A model generated the notes under the pieces. That model did no database searches, was not told the origin of the DNA, and was given only the letters and a program-made list of their open reading frames with translations. Both the position numbers and the translations under genes were made by a program. Shown one piece after another: positions 34,562-46,322 of a stretch of DNA of 64,000 bases (positions are counted from its first letter, which is position 1; the number at the start of each line of letters is the position of its first letter). Origin of the DNA: Phaeosaccion multiseriatum. Its lineage: Eukaryota; Protista; Ochrophyta, other classes. The DNA is taken from contig OZ218955.1 of assembly GCA_965112735.1 (NCBI GenBank), positions 2,046,001 to 2,110,000 on the forward strand, in the 5' to 3' direction.

Positions 34562-37500
34562 TCATAGCAGCCCCAGCCGGCGCCGAGCGTAATCGAGGAG
34601 CAGCACCTTAGCCTTGTCTGCAAAACTCGATAGGTCCTTGTAGTCGTTGAGCCATACGTACGACACGCGCACCAGTCGCTTGCCGAGCCCGCTGCTGCGC
34701 TTCACCTTCGCGAACAGCAAATCTTTGACGACTTGGGGAACCACCTGCAATGGGGAGAGGAGAGGAGAGGAGGAGGAGGAGGAGGAGGAGGAGGAGGAGG
34801 GGAGGGGGGGAAGAGCGTGAGAGGTAGGCAAGCCAAGCATTCACAAGCAGCATCACAACTTCCTCCCTCGTTCCCTCCTTCCCTTGACTCACTCACTCAC
34901 TCCTTCACTCACTCACCTCGCCTACACTGTAGAAGCCCGTCTTCATGAGATACACCTCAAAGTATGCCCGTATGCTCACAATGACCAACACCAGCAGAGC
35001 CAGGATGGCCACTTTACGAAGCAGTCCCTCCAACAGGTCCCTCAGCCAGCCCAACGGACCCTCCTCCTCCGCCTCCTCCTCCGCCTCCTCCTCCCCCCCC
35101 TGATCCTTCCCCTGTGCCCCACCAGAGCCTGCTGGGCTGCTACTGTCGTTCTGGCTACCACCACCACTCCGACTACTCCTACTGCTGCTGTTTCCCTCTT
35201 GACAGTGCTTCAAACTCCGTCCGGCAATGACATACATGCCGATCAGCGCCGCAGCGAAGACCAGATACAGAAAGGCCACTGCCCCTCCTTCGTAGAGGTT
35301 CTGGTCGCGGTTTTGCGTGGAGAAGAGCTCCACCCGTGAGCCTTTGCCGTCCGGCTCAGGCACCTGCCCAAAAAGACGGCAGCAGGCAGAAGTGGGCATG
35401 AGTGGGCAGGAGTGGGCAAAAGGTCAGGGCCACAGCCAGGGGCAGCCCGAGCAAGGGCACGGGAGGAAGCAAGAACACGTGAGAGGATACATGCGTGCGT
35501 GCGTGTGTGCGGGGGGGAGGCGGCACACAAGAGATGTGGTGTCGCGAGTGGGGCATACCAAGTTGGGCATACCAAGTTGGGCATACCAAGTTGGGCATAC
35601 CAAGTTGGGCACACCAGGGTGTTGTGTTGGGGGGGGTAGAGGGTCCAGCAGGGCGGGGGAAAAGGGGTCGTCAGTCAGTCAACTCACCCGTCTGAAGGGC
35701 GGCGGCGAGCGAATGATGCAATACACAAAGCCGCCTGTGCCAACCGCGTACGTTATCAGTGTAACGGCCATCCACAGCATCTGACGGGTGCGAGAGGAGC
35801 GAGAGGAGCGAGAGGAGGGCAGCGGGAGGGGGGGTGAGAGGTATGCAAGCGGACAGGGGAAAGAGGGGTCCGGGGCGGCGGTGTTGGGGGGGGGTAGGGA
35901 GCAAGTGTGGTGGGTAGGGTTGGCCAGACCAAGCGGGGGGAGGGGGTGGAAAAGGGGAGGGGTAGGGTCAAGCCAAGGGGCTGACCACGCTGCAGGCCAC
36001 GCGCTAACCTCCCTCCCCTCCCTTCCCACCCCACACAAAGGGTACCCCCCACATCCCACCACATACAAAGGACACCCCCCTCCCTGGGTCGTTCTTTGGT
36101 ACGAACCTTGCTTCTGATGATTGCGAGGAAGGTCCCGAAGGAGGGCTCGATGAAGTGCATGGCCACGCCGAGCATACCGCTCACCAGCAGCAGCAGGTAC
36201 CGCTGAGTGCTCGAGTCCTTCTGCACTGTGATCTGTGGGGCAAGGGAGTGACCGATCGTGACCACATGAATGAGGGGAGATTGAGGTGGAGGTGGTGACG
36301 ATTGGTGAAGACAGAGCGCACACCACACGCAATTTGCATTTCCATTCGATTCGAGGGGGAGGGGGCAAGGAGAAGAGAGAGAAAGAGGTATACCGTCCAT
36401 CAACCATCCAATCAATCGTCGAAGAGAGCGAGCGAGCGCCTACCCACGAGTCCCTGAGGGGCTCAGCTCATGACAGTTGGAGCTATCTGTGCGAGTCAAA
36501 GCCCTCGACCTTCCTCTTGCTGCCACCCCAGCCCCCCCCCACCCTCCAGCGCCAAGCCACGTTAAGCCAATGGCCCTGTCACACGCTCGATAGACAAAGC
36601 AGGGAGTAACCACGAACGTACCTCAACGTCAGTCATGACCTTGATAGTGCGGGTGAGCAAGTCCACGGTCTCAGGCCCCATGGACTGCCCTAGGCGGATC
36701 TGATCGGCCATGTCCAGGGGGGCGCTGTAACCGTTGCCTCGTCGGAAGATGAAGACGTGGGGGGCGGACTCCAGCTTCATCTCTCCAAAAACCTGCCGGC
36801 CCATGGCCACGGTGACGGTTACGGTGACGGTTACGGTGACGGTTTCGGATTACAGAGCAGCACGATTCGATGGAAAGAGAAGGGAGACAGCAAGGGGTCA
36901 GTCGGTGCGCCAAGAATCTCTCTTGTCCCCTATGCCAATGATGGCTTCGGGACCTAAGTCCCTGCTGCTTCCATGCAAACAGCGATGCGTTCCACCTTGT
37001 CGCCGTCCCGTCTGGGTCTCTCCCCCCACCCATGTAACCGTCATGATACACGTAACCGTCCTGTTACCCGTAACCGTCATGTTACCCCCCCCTACACATA
37101 CATACCTGTCTAGCGTAGCCTACATCAACCTTGGTGAAGAGGATGGGGTGTGGGGCGGTTTCGAACTGGCCAGAGAGTTTGTACGATCTCGCCACTTGCG
37201 TGTACCTAAGGGCGAGGTGGAGAAGAGGGGAAGGATGAGGCACGGGCAAGGGCAGGGCAGCAAGCCGAGGAGGGGAGGGGCGAGGAGCGCGAGACAGGCA
37301 TGTAGAGAGAGAGAGAGAGAGAGAGAGAGAGCGGACGCTTGTCTTTGCAATGCGGGCAGAACGAAGGAGACGGGCCAAGTCCTTTCCTCCGAGCTCGACT
37401 CGACCGCCACAAACCCACACCCACACCCACCATTTGTCGATTTTAAGGCAGGCAGAGCAGCCAAACTCGGGCGCCATTGCCGTGAAAAGCACGACTGTCG

Positions 37501-38971
37501 TGTACGGCCGGTCCTGAGATCAGCAGCACACGCGCGCACGCACGCACACAAGCACGCACACACACACAGAGTGTGCAAGGGTTGAAATGAAAGCCAATGA
37601 AAGCCAACGTCAAAGCCACGCCGTTGGGTAGGGTGGGGGAGGGAGGGGAACGGGTCATTGGCGACAGTCGCCGCTCGCGTTATCATACGAAGCACGTTGC
37701 CGAACCGGATACGAAGGACGGCGACCGACCGTCTCCGTCCCTCCGTCCCTCGGTCCACGTCCAATCGACAGATCAGAAGGAAGGCGATCGACACCCCCCG
37801 TCCTGTCCCTTCAACTGCCCACAGTGTCACACCATCACACGGTCACACGGTCCCCATGCTTGCTTACCTTGGTGTGCGCCGATCTGGTGAAGTTGGCGTT
37901 GCTCAGCATGACAACCCCTGATCGAGTGGGGCAGCAGGGAGGAGGGAGGGGCAGCAGAGCAGCACGCAGAGACGGAGGATCGAAACGGAGGGAAGGAACG
38001 AAGGCGGTGACTAAGCGTGAGAGTGCATCCTGTGCTGCAAAGGGTACAAGAGACACCCCCGTGGGTAGGCCGAGGAATAGGGCACATGTGTGGTAGCACT
38101 TGTGCTGCCCAAAGAGGAGAGGCTTCTCCTCTAAGGGGGGGGGGGGTGTGGTCGTGAGGGGGGCCGGCGCTGGGCCAAGCTCAGGGTGGAAACAAGGCGT
38201 TGCTCAGTCTGGCAGTGAGTCAGTCGGGAGAGACTCTGGAAGGGGTGCCATATCAGCAGGCCACCACTTCGCACGCACACGCACACCCACACACACACAC
38301 CCCACCCACCCCCACCCCCACCCACACACACCTTCTGGGGCCTCTGACAGAGCTTTGCCGGCCTGTGCGAGCTTCTTCTTCTTGGCCGCTGAGAGGGACT
38401 GAGCAGAGCAAGAGCACCGGAGGGGAGGGTAGAAGAAAGGATAGAACGGTCAGCAAGCAGTACATTAGCAGGGTGAAGGGGGCAGAGGGCCTGGAAGATG
38501 AATGAGGGAAGTTGAGAAAGCAGGAATACTGGAGTCCTTGGGAAGAGGGAGGAAAGGACCACCACGAGCCAGGAGAATTTGCCGTAGGCTCAGGCTTCAG
38601 AGCAGGGGGCAAGGCACGTCATTAAAAAGAGAGTCTGGCCAACCCAACCCTCTTTCCCTTCCCTCACCCACCCCCTGTTTTCTCTCGTCACTGTCCCCCC
38701 CCTCCACCCCCCTCTGTGATATCCCAGACCCTTAAACCTTGGCCGCGTCCGCAACCACTAATAAGGCCCTTCCAATCACCACCGTGTGCATCCAGAGGGA
38801 CTTCTTCTGCTCCTCCTCCCGTCTCCTTACCGATGATGTTGCTGGCGCCGCGGCTCCATGTTGGAGAGGCATGAGCAATAGCGCCACTACTACTGTGGCA
38901 AGAACAGTAAGAAGGCAGGAGAGTCCTGCCACCCGTGCTCTTCTCCGCCCTCTGTTCATGGCTCTCTTCAT
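34562..38971 (-). CDS. Oligosaccharyltransferase subunit OST3/OST6 (MAGT1/TUSC3 family)
   Basis: Hydrophobic N-terminus (LSCLLTVLATVVVALLL); thioredoxin-like lumenal domain GVVMLSNANF...RPYTTVVLFTAMAPEFGCSAC...QVARSY...FTKVDV...VFGEMKLESAPHVFIF; four TM segments with GGFVYCIIRSPP and QNLYEGGAVAFLY. About 10 exons; the 5' exons are approximate. Confidence 0.85.
35551..35616. repeat. 14-bp tandem repeat x4.7, intronic
   Basis: Unit gggcataccaagtt. Confidence 0.9.
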
Positions 38972-39273
38972 CTTCCCCTCCCCTTTCTCCCTCTCCCCTT
39001 CGTCTCTGTTCCGTGGGCAAGCAAAACGGATTCGTTTATTTTTGGGAGGGGAGAGCGCTACAGATGCACCATCCAGCGACAATCCCCGGTCAAAATGGGA
39101 GGTTAAAGTAGAGGATCCACAAGGGAGGAGAGGAGAAGAGGGAAAGAAGAAGCGGTGATGGATAGGCTCGTCAAGTGCCATCCGAACCCTTTTTCTTTGC
39201 CCCCCCCATTTCTCCTTCAGAAGGACAACAACTCCAGTGGAACATACAAGGAGTCGAGAAGCTTCAGAGAGAA

Positions 39274-42200
39274 ATGAGGTGCTTCCCCTGGTGCCGGCCG
39301 AAGGAAGAGGCAAAAGAACGTGAGTCCGCGCGACTTGATGCTCCTGACTAGAGTGAAAGAGTGGCCAAGCCCTTTGACCCCCTCCCGCCGCCGCTTCCGC
39401 CCCACAGCATCTGTTGACGTGAGAAGCCTCAAGCCCAGTCCACCCTACCTGATCGTCGTGACTGGAGCTACCGGCCGGCAAGGTACTTGTGGGTGAGGAA
39501 GGCAGCGCAAAGCGAGCGGGATGAGCACCTGACCTCCTTTCCCTTCCATCATGCCCTCGACTGTCAGGCGGAGCTGTGGTCGACGCCCTCCTTGCGGTCC
39601 GTATCGAGCCACCTCCTCCTAGTCCGGTCGCCCCGGGGACAGCGGAGCCTTTCTGGAGTGGACCAAGCGCGACTGACCCCGCTCCCGCTCCTTCTCCTTC
39701 TCCTCCTCCTCCTCCCACCACCTGTACTTCATCGGGCGTTCCTCGCTTCACTGTGAGAGGTATCACCCGCGACCCGACATCGGCGCGTGCAAAGGCCCTG
39801 GAGGCGAAGGGGGTGGAGATTGTGAAAGCGGATATGGATGATACGGACTCCCTCATAGAGGCCTTCACAGGGGCCTATGGAGCCTTCTTCGTCACCAACT
39901 GTGAGTTGGAGGGGCCGTCAGTGAACACGAACCGCTCTATTTGTGTGTTCGTGTCTCTGTCCATGTCTCCACAAGATGGGCGGCGCTGGCCGAGCTCCGC
40001 TGTCGTCCTCCTTGCCCATACCTGTCTCTCTGCTGACGTGTGCTCCTCTCACGCACACACATCACAACGCACGCACTCTCTCTCGCGCTCTTCTCCTCAC
40101 CCACCCAGTCTGGGAGCACCTGAGTGGAGCGAGGGAGCAGCAGCAGATCAAGAACCTCGCTGACGCGGCCAAGGTGAGTGGCAAGTAGCGCGAGTAGCGC
40201 GAGTAGCGCAGTCTTCGAACCAAAAGAGCTCTAAGCCTCTAACCAGTGCGACGTACTCATCCATCGGCCATGCCGTTCCGAGCCGCGCTTGACGGGACGT
40301 TTCGGTTTGCTGACTGCTCCTTCGGGCCTTTCTTGTTTCTGTCACTTACATCGCGCTTGAATTCCCTCACCATACGCATCTCATTTGATGATGCCTCTCT
40401 ATCTCTCTCTCTCTCTCCCTCTCCCTCTCTCTGTCTTCCCTCTCTCCCTCTCTCTCTCTCTTCCCTCTCTGTCTCTCTCTCTGTAACTCTCACCCTACCC
40501 TGTCCTGCCCTGCCCTATATCACCAACTGCTCCGCCCCCAGACCGTCGGGCTCCGCTTCGTGGTGAACTCAACGCTTGAGGACACACGTACTTTCTACTC
40601 CAAGCAGCGAAGTCTTCCCCCCGTCAAGGAGGATATGTACGTCCCACGTAAGTCAAGGGACAAGCGAGACGACTCTGGCCTCTACCGGTCTGCCGCTGCC
40701 GAGCTCTCTGCCTCTTCCTCTTCTCTCCATGCTAATCTCTCTTCTCTCGTTCCGTCTCTCTCTTTCTCTCTCTCCTCCCTCTGGCCCTCTCGCTACTCTC
40801 ACTCTCTCTCTCGCCCCCTCTTGCTCTCGCTCCTTCTCACTCTCGTCGTCTCTCTCTTTCCTCAGACTTCGATGCTAAGGGAAGCATGATCAAGTACGTG
40901 GAAAAAGCCGTCCCCACGTCACACATCTACACCTCCTTCTACTTCGAAAACTTCCTCCACTACGGACTCGGGCCCCACCCTGATGAGCAGGTGGGTCCGT
41001 GGGTGGGTTGGTGCGTGAGTGCGTGCGTGGGTGGGTGGGTGGGTGCGTGCGTGAGTGGGTGCGTGAGAGCGTGGGCTAATGCGTGGGTGCGTGGGTGAGC
41101 TTGTGGGTGGGTGGGTGGGTGAGTAAGCATGTGAGTGAGTGAGTGAGTGAGGGAGTGAGGGAGTGAGGGAGTGATTAAGTGGAGTGAGTCAGTGAGTGAG
41201 TGGAGGGAGTGGAGGGAGTGAGTACGTGAGTGAGTGAGGGAGTGAGGGAGTGAGTGAGTGAGTGAGTGAGTGGAGTAAGTTGTGTGCGTCAAGTGAGTCG
41301 AGTGAGTTGGTGAATGGGAGGGGGTAGGGGTTGAAGGACAGTGAAGCGACTCTGCTGCGTCCACTTCAATGGGTAGTGAGAGTGAGAGAGGGGGGAGTTT
41401 GGCCGCATCTTCTCATTTGGGCCTCCTGCCTCTCTTCGCCCACAGAGCCCTTCTTCCCCATAGCATCCCCCATCCCTCTCTGACCTCTCCCCCCTCCCAT
41501 CCCCTCACCCCAGGGGGACCTTATCATCAGCTTCAACATGGCAAACAAGGTAAGCCTGAGCCCACACCTGAGCCCACAGGTGCTTGGGGGGGCAGACAGT
41601 GTGGAGTATTGGGCACAAACGCCAAATTTTACTCACGGGTTTTGTTAGTCAGGGTGGAACACTTTCCTGCTTCTTGCAGAAAAGCCCTTTCCCCCCTCTG
41701 TCGCCGCCCTTGAACCGTCAACCGTCTTCAACCTTTCATCCTCTTGAATTGCCTCGTTTTGTCCTCTTTTTTCTTTGTGCTGAACGACACCATGTACGAC
41801 CTCTGTATGACAAAGGTGCTGCCTATGGTGGCTGTGGCGGACATCGGGCGGACCGTGGCCAAAATGTTCGAATTAGAGGCGGTGAGGCGGTGGGGGTAGA
41901 GCACATTCTCTTCAAACTGTTCCCTCTTCCTTTTACCAGGCCCTCGTAACTGCTACTGTACTGCCTTCCACCACCATCTGTGACTCTCCGAACAACCAAC
42001 ACACGCACACACTCACAGGTGGGGCAGCACGTCTTCCTCAGCAGCCCCGATGCGCTCACCTGCAATGGTGAGGAGGAGGAGGAGGAGGAGGAGGAGGAGG
42101 AGGAGGAGGAGGAGGGAGTGGCCGTCCTTCGTTGTCAAGTGTGCGTGGGGTTAGACCTGACTCGCGCAAAGAGCTGCATTGCATTCGCGTTCTGAGGAAA

Positions 42201-42987
42201 TGCGTGCTCCACGATTACTCTCTGTCTCTCTCTCTTTTGTCCCTTCTATCTCGCCCCCTCTCTCTCCCTCTCTCCCTTTTGTCTTTCCCCTCTCCCTCTC
42301 TCTCGCCCACACAGACGTGGCGAAAGCGTTCAGCAAGAGCCTGGACCGTAAGGTGGAGTATCGAGCCGTGTCGAATGAAGAGTACGCGAAACTCAACTTC
42401 CCCGGCGCCGAAGAGATGGCTACGATGTTCCGCTACAAGGTGCGTCAGAGCGTGCGTGTGTGGGCGCGTGTGAGCGTCACCGATCGGCAACCAAGGGGTG
42501 GTGCAGGCCCGCCCACAAGGTTATCACAAGGTTATGAGGTGATGAACTATGTCAATGGTAGGACAACTTGCCCCCCTCGCTCCTCCTCGCTCTGTGCCGC
42601 CCCCACGACTCCCACTCGATGTGTTGATGGATGCCTTCCTTTGACTTGACATGCAACGCGGCTGTCTGCCTTCCTCTCTGCTGCTGCTCTCCTACCGTGC
42701 CTCCCTTCCTCCCTGCGTGCCTCCCTGCCGCTACCTACCCTCTCTACCTGCCCCCGCCCCCGCCCCACCCGCCTCTGAAGGTGGACGACCCCAGCTTCGC
42801 CGAGAAGCGTCTTGAGGGTTCGCGGCACCCCCTGTTGGGGGACATGATGAAGTTCAAGGCGTGGCTGGCAGAGCATCAACAGGAGCTCAAAGACGTCACC
42901 ACCCGTCTGATTGCTGCGGAGGAGGCGGCCACCTCTGTGCCTGTCTCGGTGTCTGGCGAAAGGGCACCGGCGAGTGGACCAGAATAA
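39274..42987 (+). CDS. NmrA-like family protein (HSCARG/NMRAL1-type atypical SDR, NAD(P)-binding), paralogue 1
   Basis: Spliced: MRCFPWCRPK...LIVVTGATGRQGGAVVDALL...FTVRGITRDPTSARAKALEAKGVEIVKADMDD...AFTGAYGAFFVTNFWEH...NSTLEDTR...YVPHFDAKG...TSFYFENF...LPMVAVADIG...FPGAEEMATMFRY...FKAWLAEH. Confidence 0.92.
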
Positions 42988-43876
42988 GCCTAAGTCAGTT
43001 GCGGAGGGTAGTTCGGAGCCAGCTCAGAAGCAGTCGGGAGGCAGTATGGATCCAGTCCAAGAGGCAGCTGGCGATCCGGCGATCCGTAGTTGTGCTCTAT
43101 GCTGGAGGGAGCCGCACTTCGCGTAGCAGGGGGTACGGGAGTGTGTGTGCATGTGTGTGCGTGTGTGTGTGCGTGTGTGGGGGGTTATTTGGAGCAGGGG
43201 GGTTGGCGTGAGGCAAAGCAAGGGAATGCTCGGAGGTGCTCCAGCCCCCCCCCGAGCAGTGACTTAAGTACGCAGCCAGCGCCCCGCCAGGATTCGCAAG
43301 CGACTGAAATCCCATCCACCTTAGGCGAGTTTTGCATGCTGTGTGTGACCTTCTCCCCCCCCTCCGAGAACACGTGACCTGCGCACGGCAAGCTGAGGGC
43401 AAGCTGATGTACTTACTGAACATCATTCCCTAGGCCATGTGGCTCCCCTCCAGTCGGGCGTTCAAATCTTGCAGAGGAAAAAATGCGGTTGGCCGTTGTG
43501 AATAAAAAAAAAGCCACGCACGCACCCACAGTTGTGCCTAAACCCCGGCTCACAACACACAAACCAAAAAAAACAAAAAAAAGTGGTTGATTGCTTGAGA
43601 GGGATTGAGGCACACCACCTCCACCGCCGCCATCATCGCATCAGGAGCAGCTGCAGCAGCCTTTGCCGCAGCCGTAGCCGCAGCCGCAGCCGCAGCCGCA
43701 GCAGGCGCCGTCACCGTAGCCATTTGGACGGAAGGTTGAGGGGTACCAGAAGGGAAAAGAGGTTGAGGTTCTTGCTCGGATATCCACGATTGGTGCTGCA
43801 GCAGCGGCGGTAGCAGCGTTTGCAGCAGAAGCAGCACAGCAGCAGCATCAGGAGCTGGCCACAGCGAGCACTGAGA

Positions 43877-45098
43877 ATGCCGAGGAGGGGGGACAAGCGG
43901 AGATCCGTCGCCGCCAGCGCAGTGGAGGCACATTTTGGACCATTGTGCACCTTTATGCTAAGCCTTGCTAAGGTTTTGTGCGAAAATCAAGGATTCATAA
44001 GCCTCCGACGCGATGAGGATGGGCAGGGTAAGTTTGTTGGCTGGTTGAATGGGGGCGGGCATATACAACACCACGTAGCAGCGGCAGGAGTATTGACCGG
44101 CACAATTTCCCCACCGCTTTGCAGTCTTGCTCACAGTGACCGATGAGGACAGAGTGGTTCAGGCTTTACAGGACGGTGGTGCCGGGCTTCAGACCTACGC
44201 GAACGCGGCTAGGCAGCTCAACTCGTGGCAATTTAAGAGGGCATCAAAGGTGAATGGCACCTACACGTACGTGCTGCAGGGTAATAGCCGCAGGATCATG
44301 CCTTCAAAGGACCACAAGGAGTTCGTTGTGGACGCGTTGACGGGGATCAAGCGCAAGTCCTCCAAGAAGAAGGGGGCCAAGCAGCAGCCGAAGAAGACGG
44401 GGCCATCACGGCAGCCGAAGAAGGCCATCAAGAGCACGGTAAAGAAAAGGAAAAGAACGCGGCAGGAATCAAGGCCGCCGGCGCGCAGGCAGCAGCAGCA
44501 GCAGCAAGACCCGGGGCGCAGTCCTCTCAGCACCGGCCCTTCGCGTGACGTTATCTGCAGCAACAGCGGGCTCCCCATCCCAGGGCAGGCCGACTGGGCA
44601 TCGCTGAAGGACGGAGGCACCACCCCCACCACGACCACCAACAGCCCCGAGGATGCCCACGCTGATTGGGTACCAAGCCCAAGTATGGCCGGCTTGACCT
44701 TCCACAGCGGGGTGCTAGAGGAGCCCGCCATGGAGAACGTGGAGGGCAGGCCGGCGGCGCCGCGGGTGGATGACTTCCTTCCGACCGCGAGGGACCTTAT
44801 GGAGGATCTGCAGCACTTGGACCTGGACTTCACCACGCCCATCATTGACACTGCCGAGAGCACAGACGACGTGGATGTGGAGGAGCTGGATATGGATGAG
44901 CCACTGGACGTCCTCGAGGGCGCGGATGTGGACGAGCCGCCGTACGATCTCCTGGATGCTTGGCTCCAGCTGGAGTGCTCTGATGGCCATGACAGCGTGA
45001 GCATGGACAAGACGGATTACTCTGGCCATGGCGCCGGGAGCATGGCCATGACGGGGAGCGTGGAGCAGGAGGTCGACAGTCTGCTGGCAATCTGGTGA
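43877..45098 (+). CDS. Divergent HSF-type winged-helix transcription factor
   Basis: Exons 43877-44027 and 44125(or 44137)-45098. DBD pattern FMLSLAKVL..N..FISL...DGQVLLTVTDED...TYANAARQLNSWQFKR...ALTGIKRK (canonical SFVRQLNxYGF...L..IKRK), then a basic NLS-like stretch and an acidic aromatic C-terminus (DLLDAWLQLE, VDSLLAIW). Confidence 0.7.
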
Positions 45099-45175
45099 GG
45101 GCCTTTCGATCGATGTTGCGAAGGGTGTGTGGAGCACTAGCCGCCACAGGGGGCTGGGTTGGTTGGTGTGTATAT

Positions 45176-45314
45176 AGGAAACTGCACGCAGGCAGGTCGA
45201 TACTTTACATCATGAGCGAGCGCTGGGCTGGGTTGCTTGGTGTGTATATAGTCCTCCTCAGCCCCACCGCTCGCTCATGATGTAAAGTATCGACCTGCCT
45301 GCGTGCAGTTTCCT
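45176..45314. repeat. Perfect 47-bp inverted repeat (hairpin 1), 45-nt loop
   Basis: 45176-45222 aggaaactgcacgcaggcaggtcgatactttacatcatgagcgagcg is the exact reverse complement of 45268-45314. Confidence 0.97.
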
Positions 45315-45327
45315 CTGCAACCCCCTA

Positions 45328-45592
45328 CTGGAGACTGCGCAGGTCGACATTTACATCATGAGCGAGCGCTGCGGACGATGACAGGACACACTTCCAAGAG
45401 CATTTGGCTGCACGCTGCGTTTGTTTAGTGAAGTACGACTGAAGTCTGTCATATATATATATTTGGCTGACAGACTTCAGTCGTACTTAACTAAACGAAC
45501 GCAGCGTGCAGCCAATTGGTATTGGAAATGTGTCCGTGTCCTCGTCCGCAGCGCTCGCTCATGATGTAAATGTCGACCTGCGCAGTCTCCAG
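45328..45592. repeat. ~124-bp near-perfect inverted repeat (hairpin 2), 16-nt TA-rich loop; candidate hairpin RNA or foldback element
   Basis: 45328-45451 pairs with 45468-45592. The outer 51 bp are perfect, with about 9 mismatches or indels further in; the loop is tatatatatatttggc. Confidence 0.95.
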
Positions 45593-46322
45593 AGGAGAAC
45601 TATATACACCAACCAAATATGTATAAATAGGAGGAGTTTTAGTATACTATTACTTCGCAGTATAATATTTATTTGAAGGAAGGATAGCGACACACAAAAA
45701 GAATGAGGGGAAAAAAGGGAAAGCGGTATAAATAATATATAATCAATCATTTTCTCGGTATACTTTTCAGCAGCGCTTCCCAGCTTCAGCTTCAGCTCCA
45801 CAGCATCCAGAGAGGAGCCCCCCGTGAGAAATGCGCCTGCGGTCTGTGTGCTTTCCTCGTCTCCTGGCTCCAACCCCAGGCAGCACCATACGTCAGTGCC
45901 CATACGCCTTCCCATGTCCAACCCTTTCGGCAGCAGCGCTTCCCGCTGTAGCTCCATAGTAGCCAGACAAGAGCCATAGCTGGAAACGCTATTCTTTCGG
46001 TGCTCGTTTGCTTGATTAGCCCCCCAATAGTTTCAGTTTCAGCTCGCCCCCCAGCCCCCAGGGAGGGACAGTCGCTCCAAGCCTCGCCACCATCCGGACG
46101 ACGGCCTCCTTGCACGGAGCCTAAGGTGGAAGAAGAGTGCGGATGATGGCCTCCTTGTAAGGAGCCTAAGGTGGAATAGCCCCGCTACGTTCTAATGGTG
46201 CCTCCGTTGAGCCTCCCAACTCCCCTCCTCGAACAGCATAAGTCAGCGAGAGTGTGATTTTCATATGCCTCTGCATGGACCCTCAGTACTTTTTCACAAA
46301 CGCGCGCCAACGCTTAAGGAGG

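Noticed and set aside
43532-43970. Ala-rich protein-like frames upstream of and overlapping the HSF-like start, on both strands
   Set aside because: They are interrupted by stops or frame changes, are driven by (GCA/GCC)n repeats, and give no consistent gene model.
45328-45592. Firm call as a MITE or DNA transposon
   Set aside because: No target-site duplication is visible (cccta|...|aggag), there is no transposase in the window, and no second copy elsewhere. It is kept only as an alternative explanation.
45559-46115. Minus-strand ORFs 45559..45957 and 45792..46115
   Set aside because: No recognisable motif, and the first runs into AT-rich non-coding sequence and the hairpin. A gene relic cannot be excluded.
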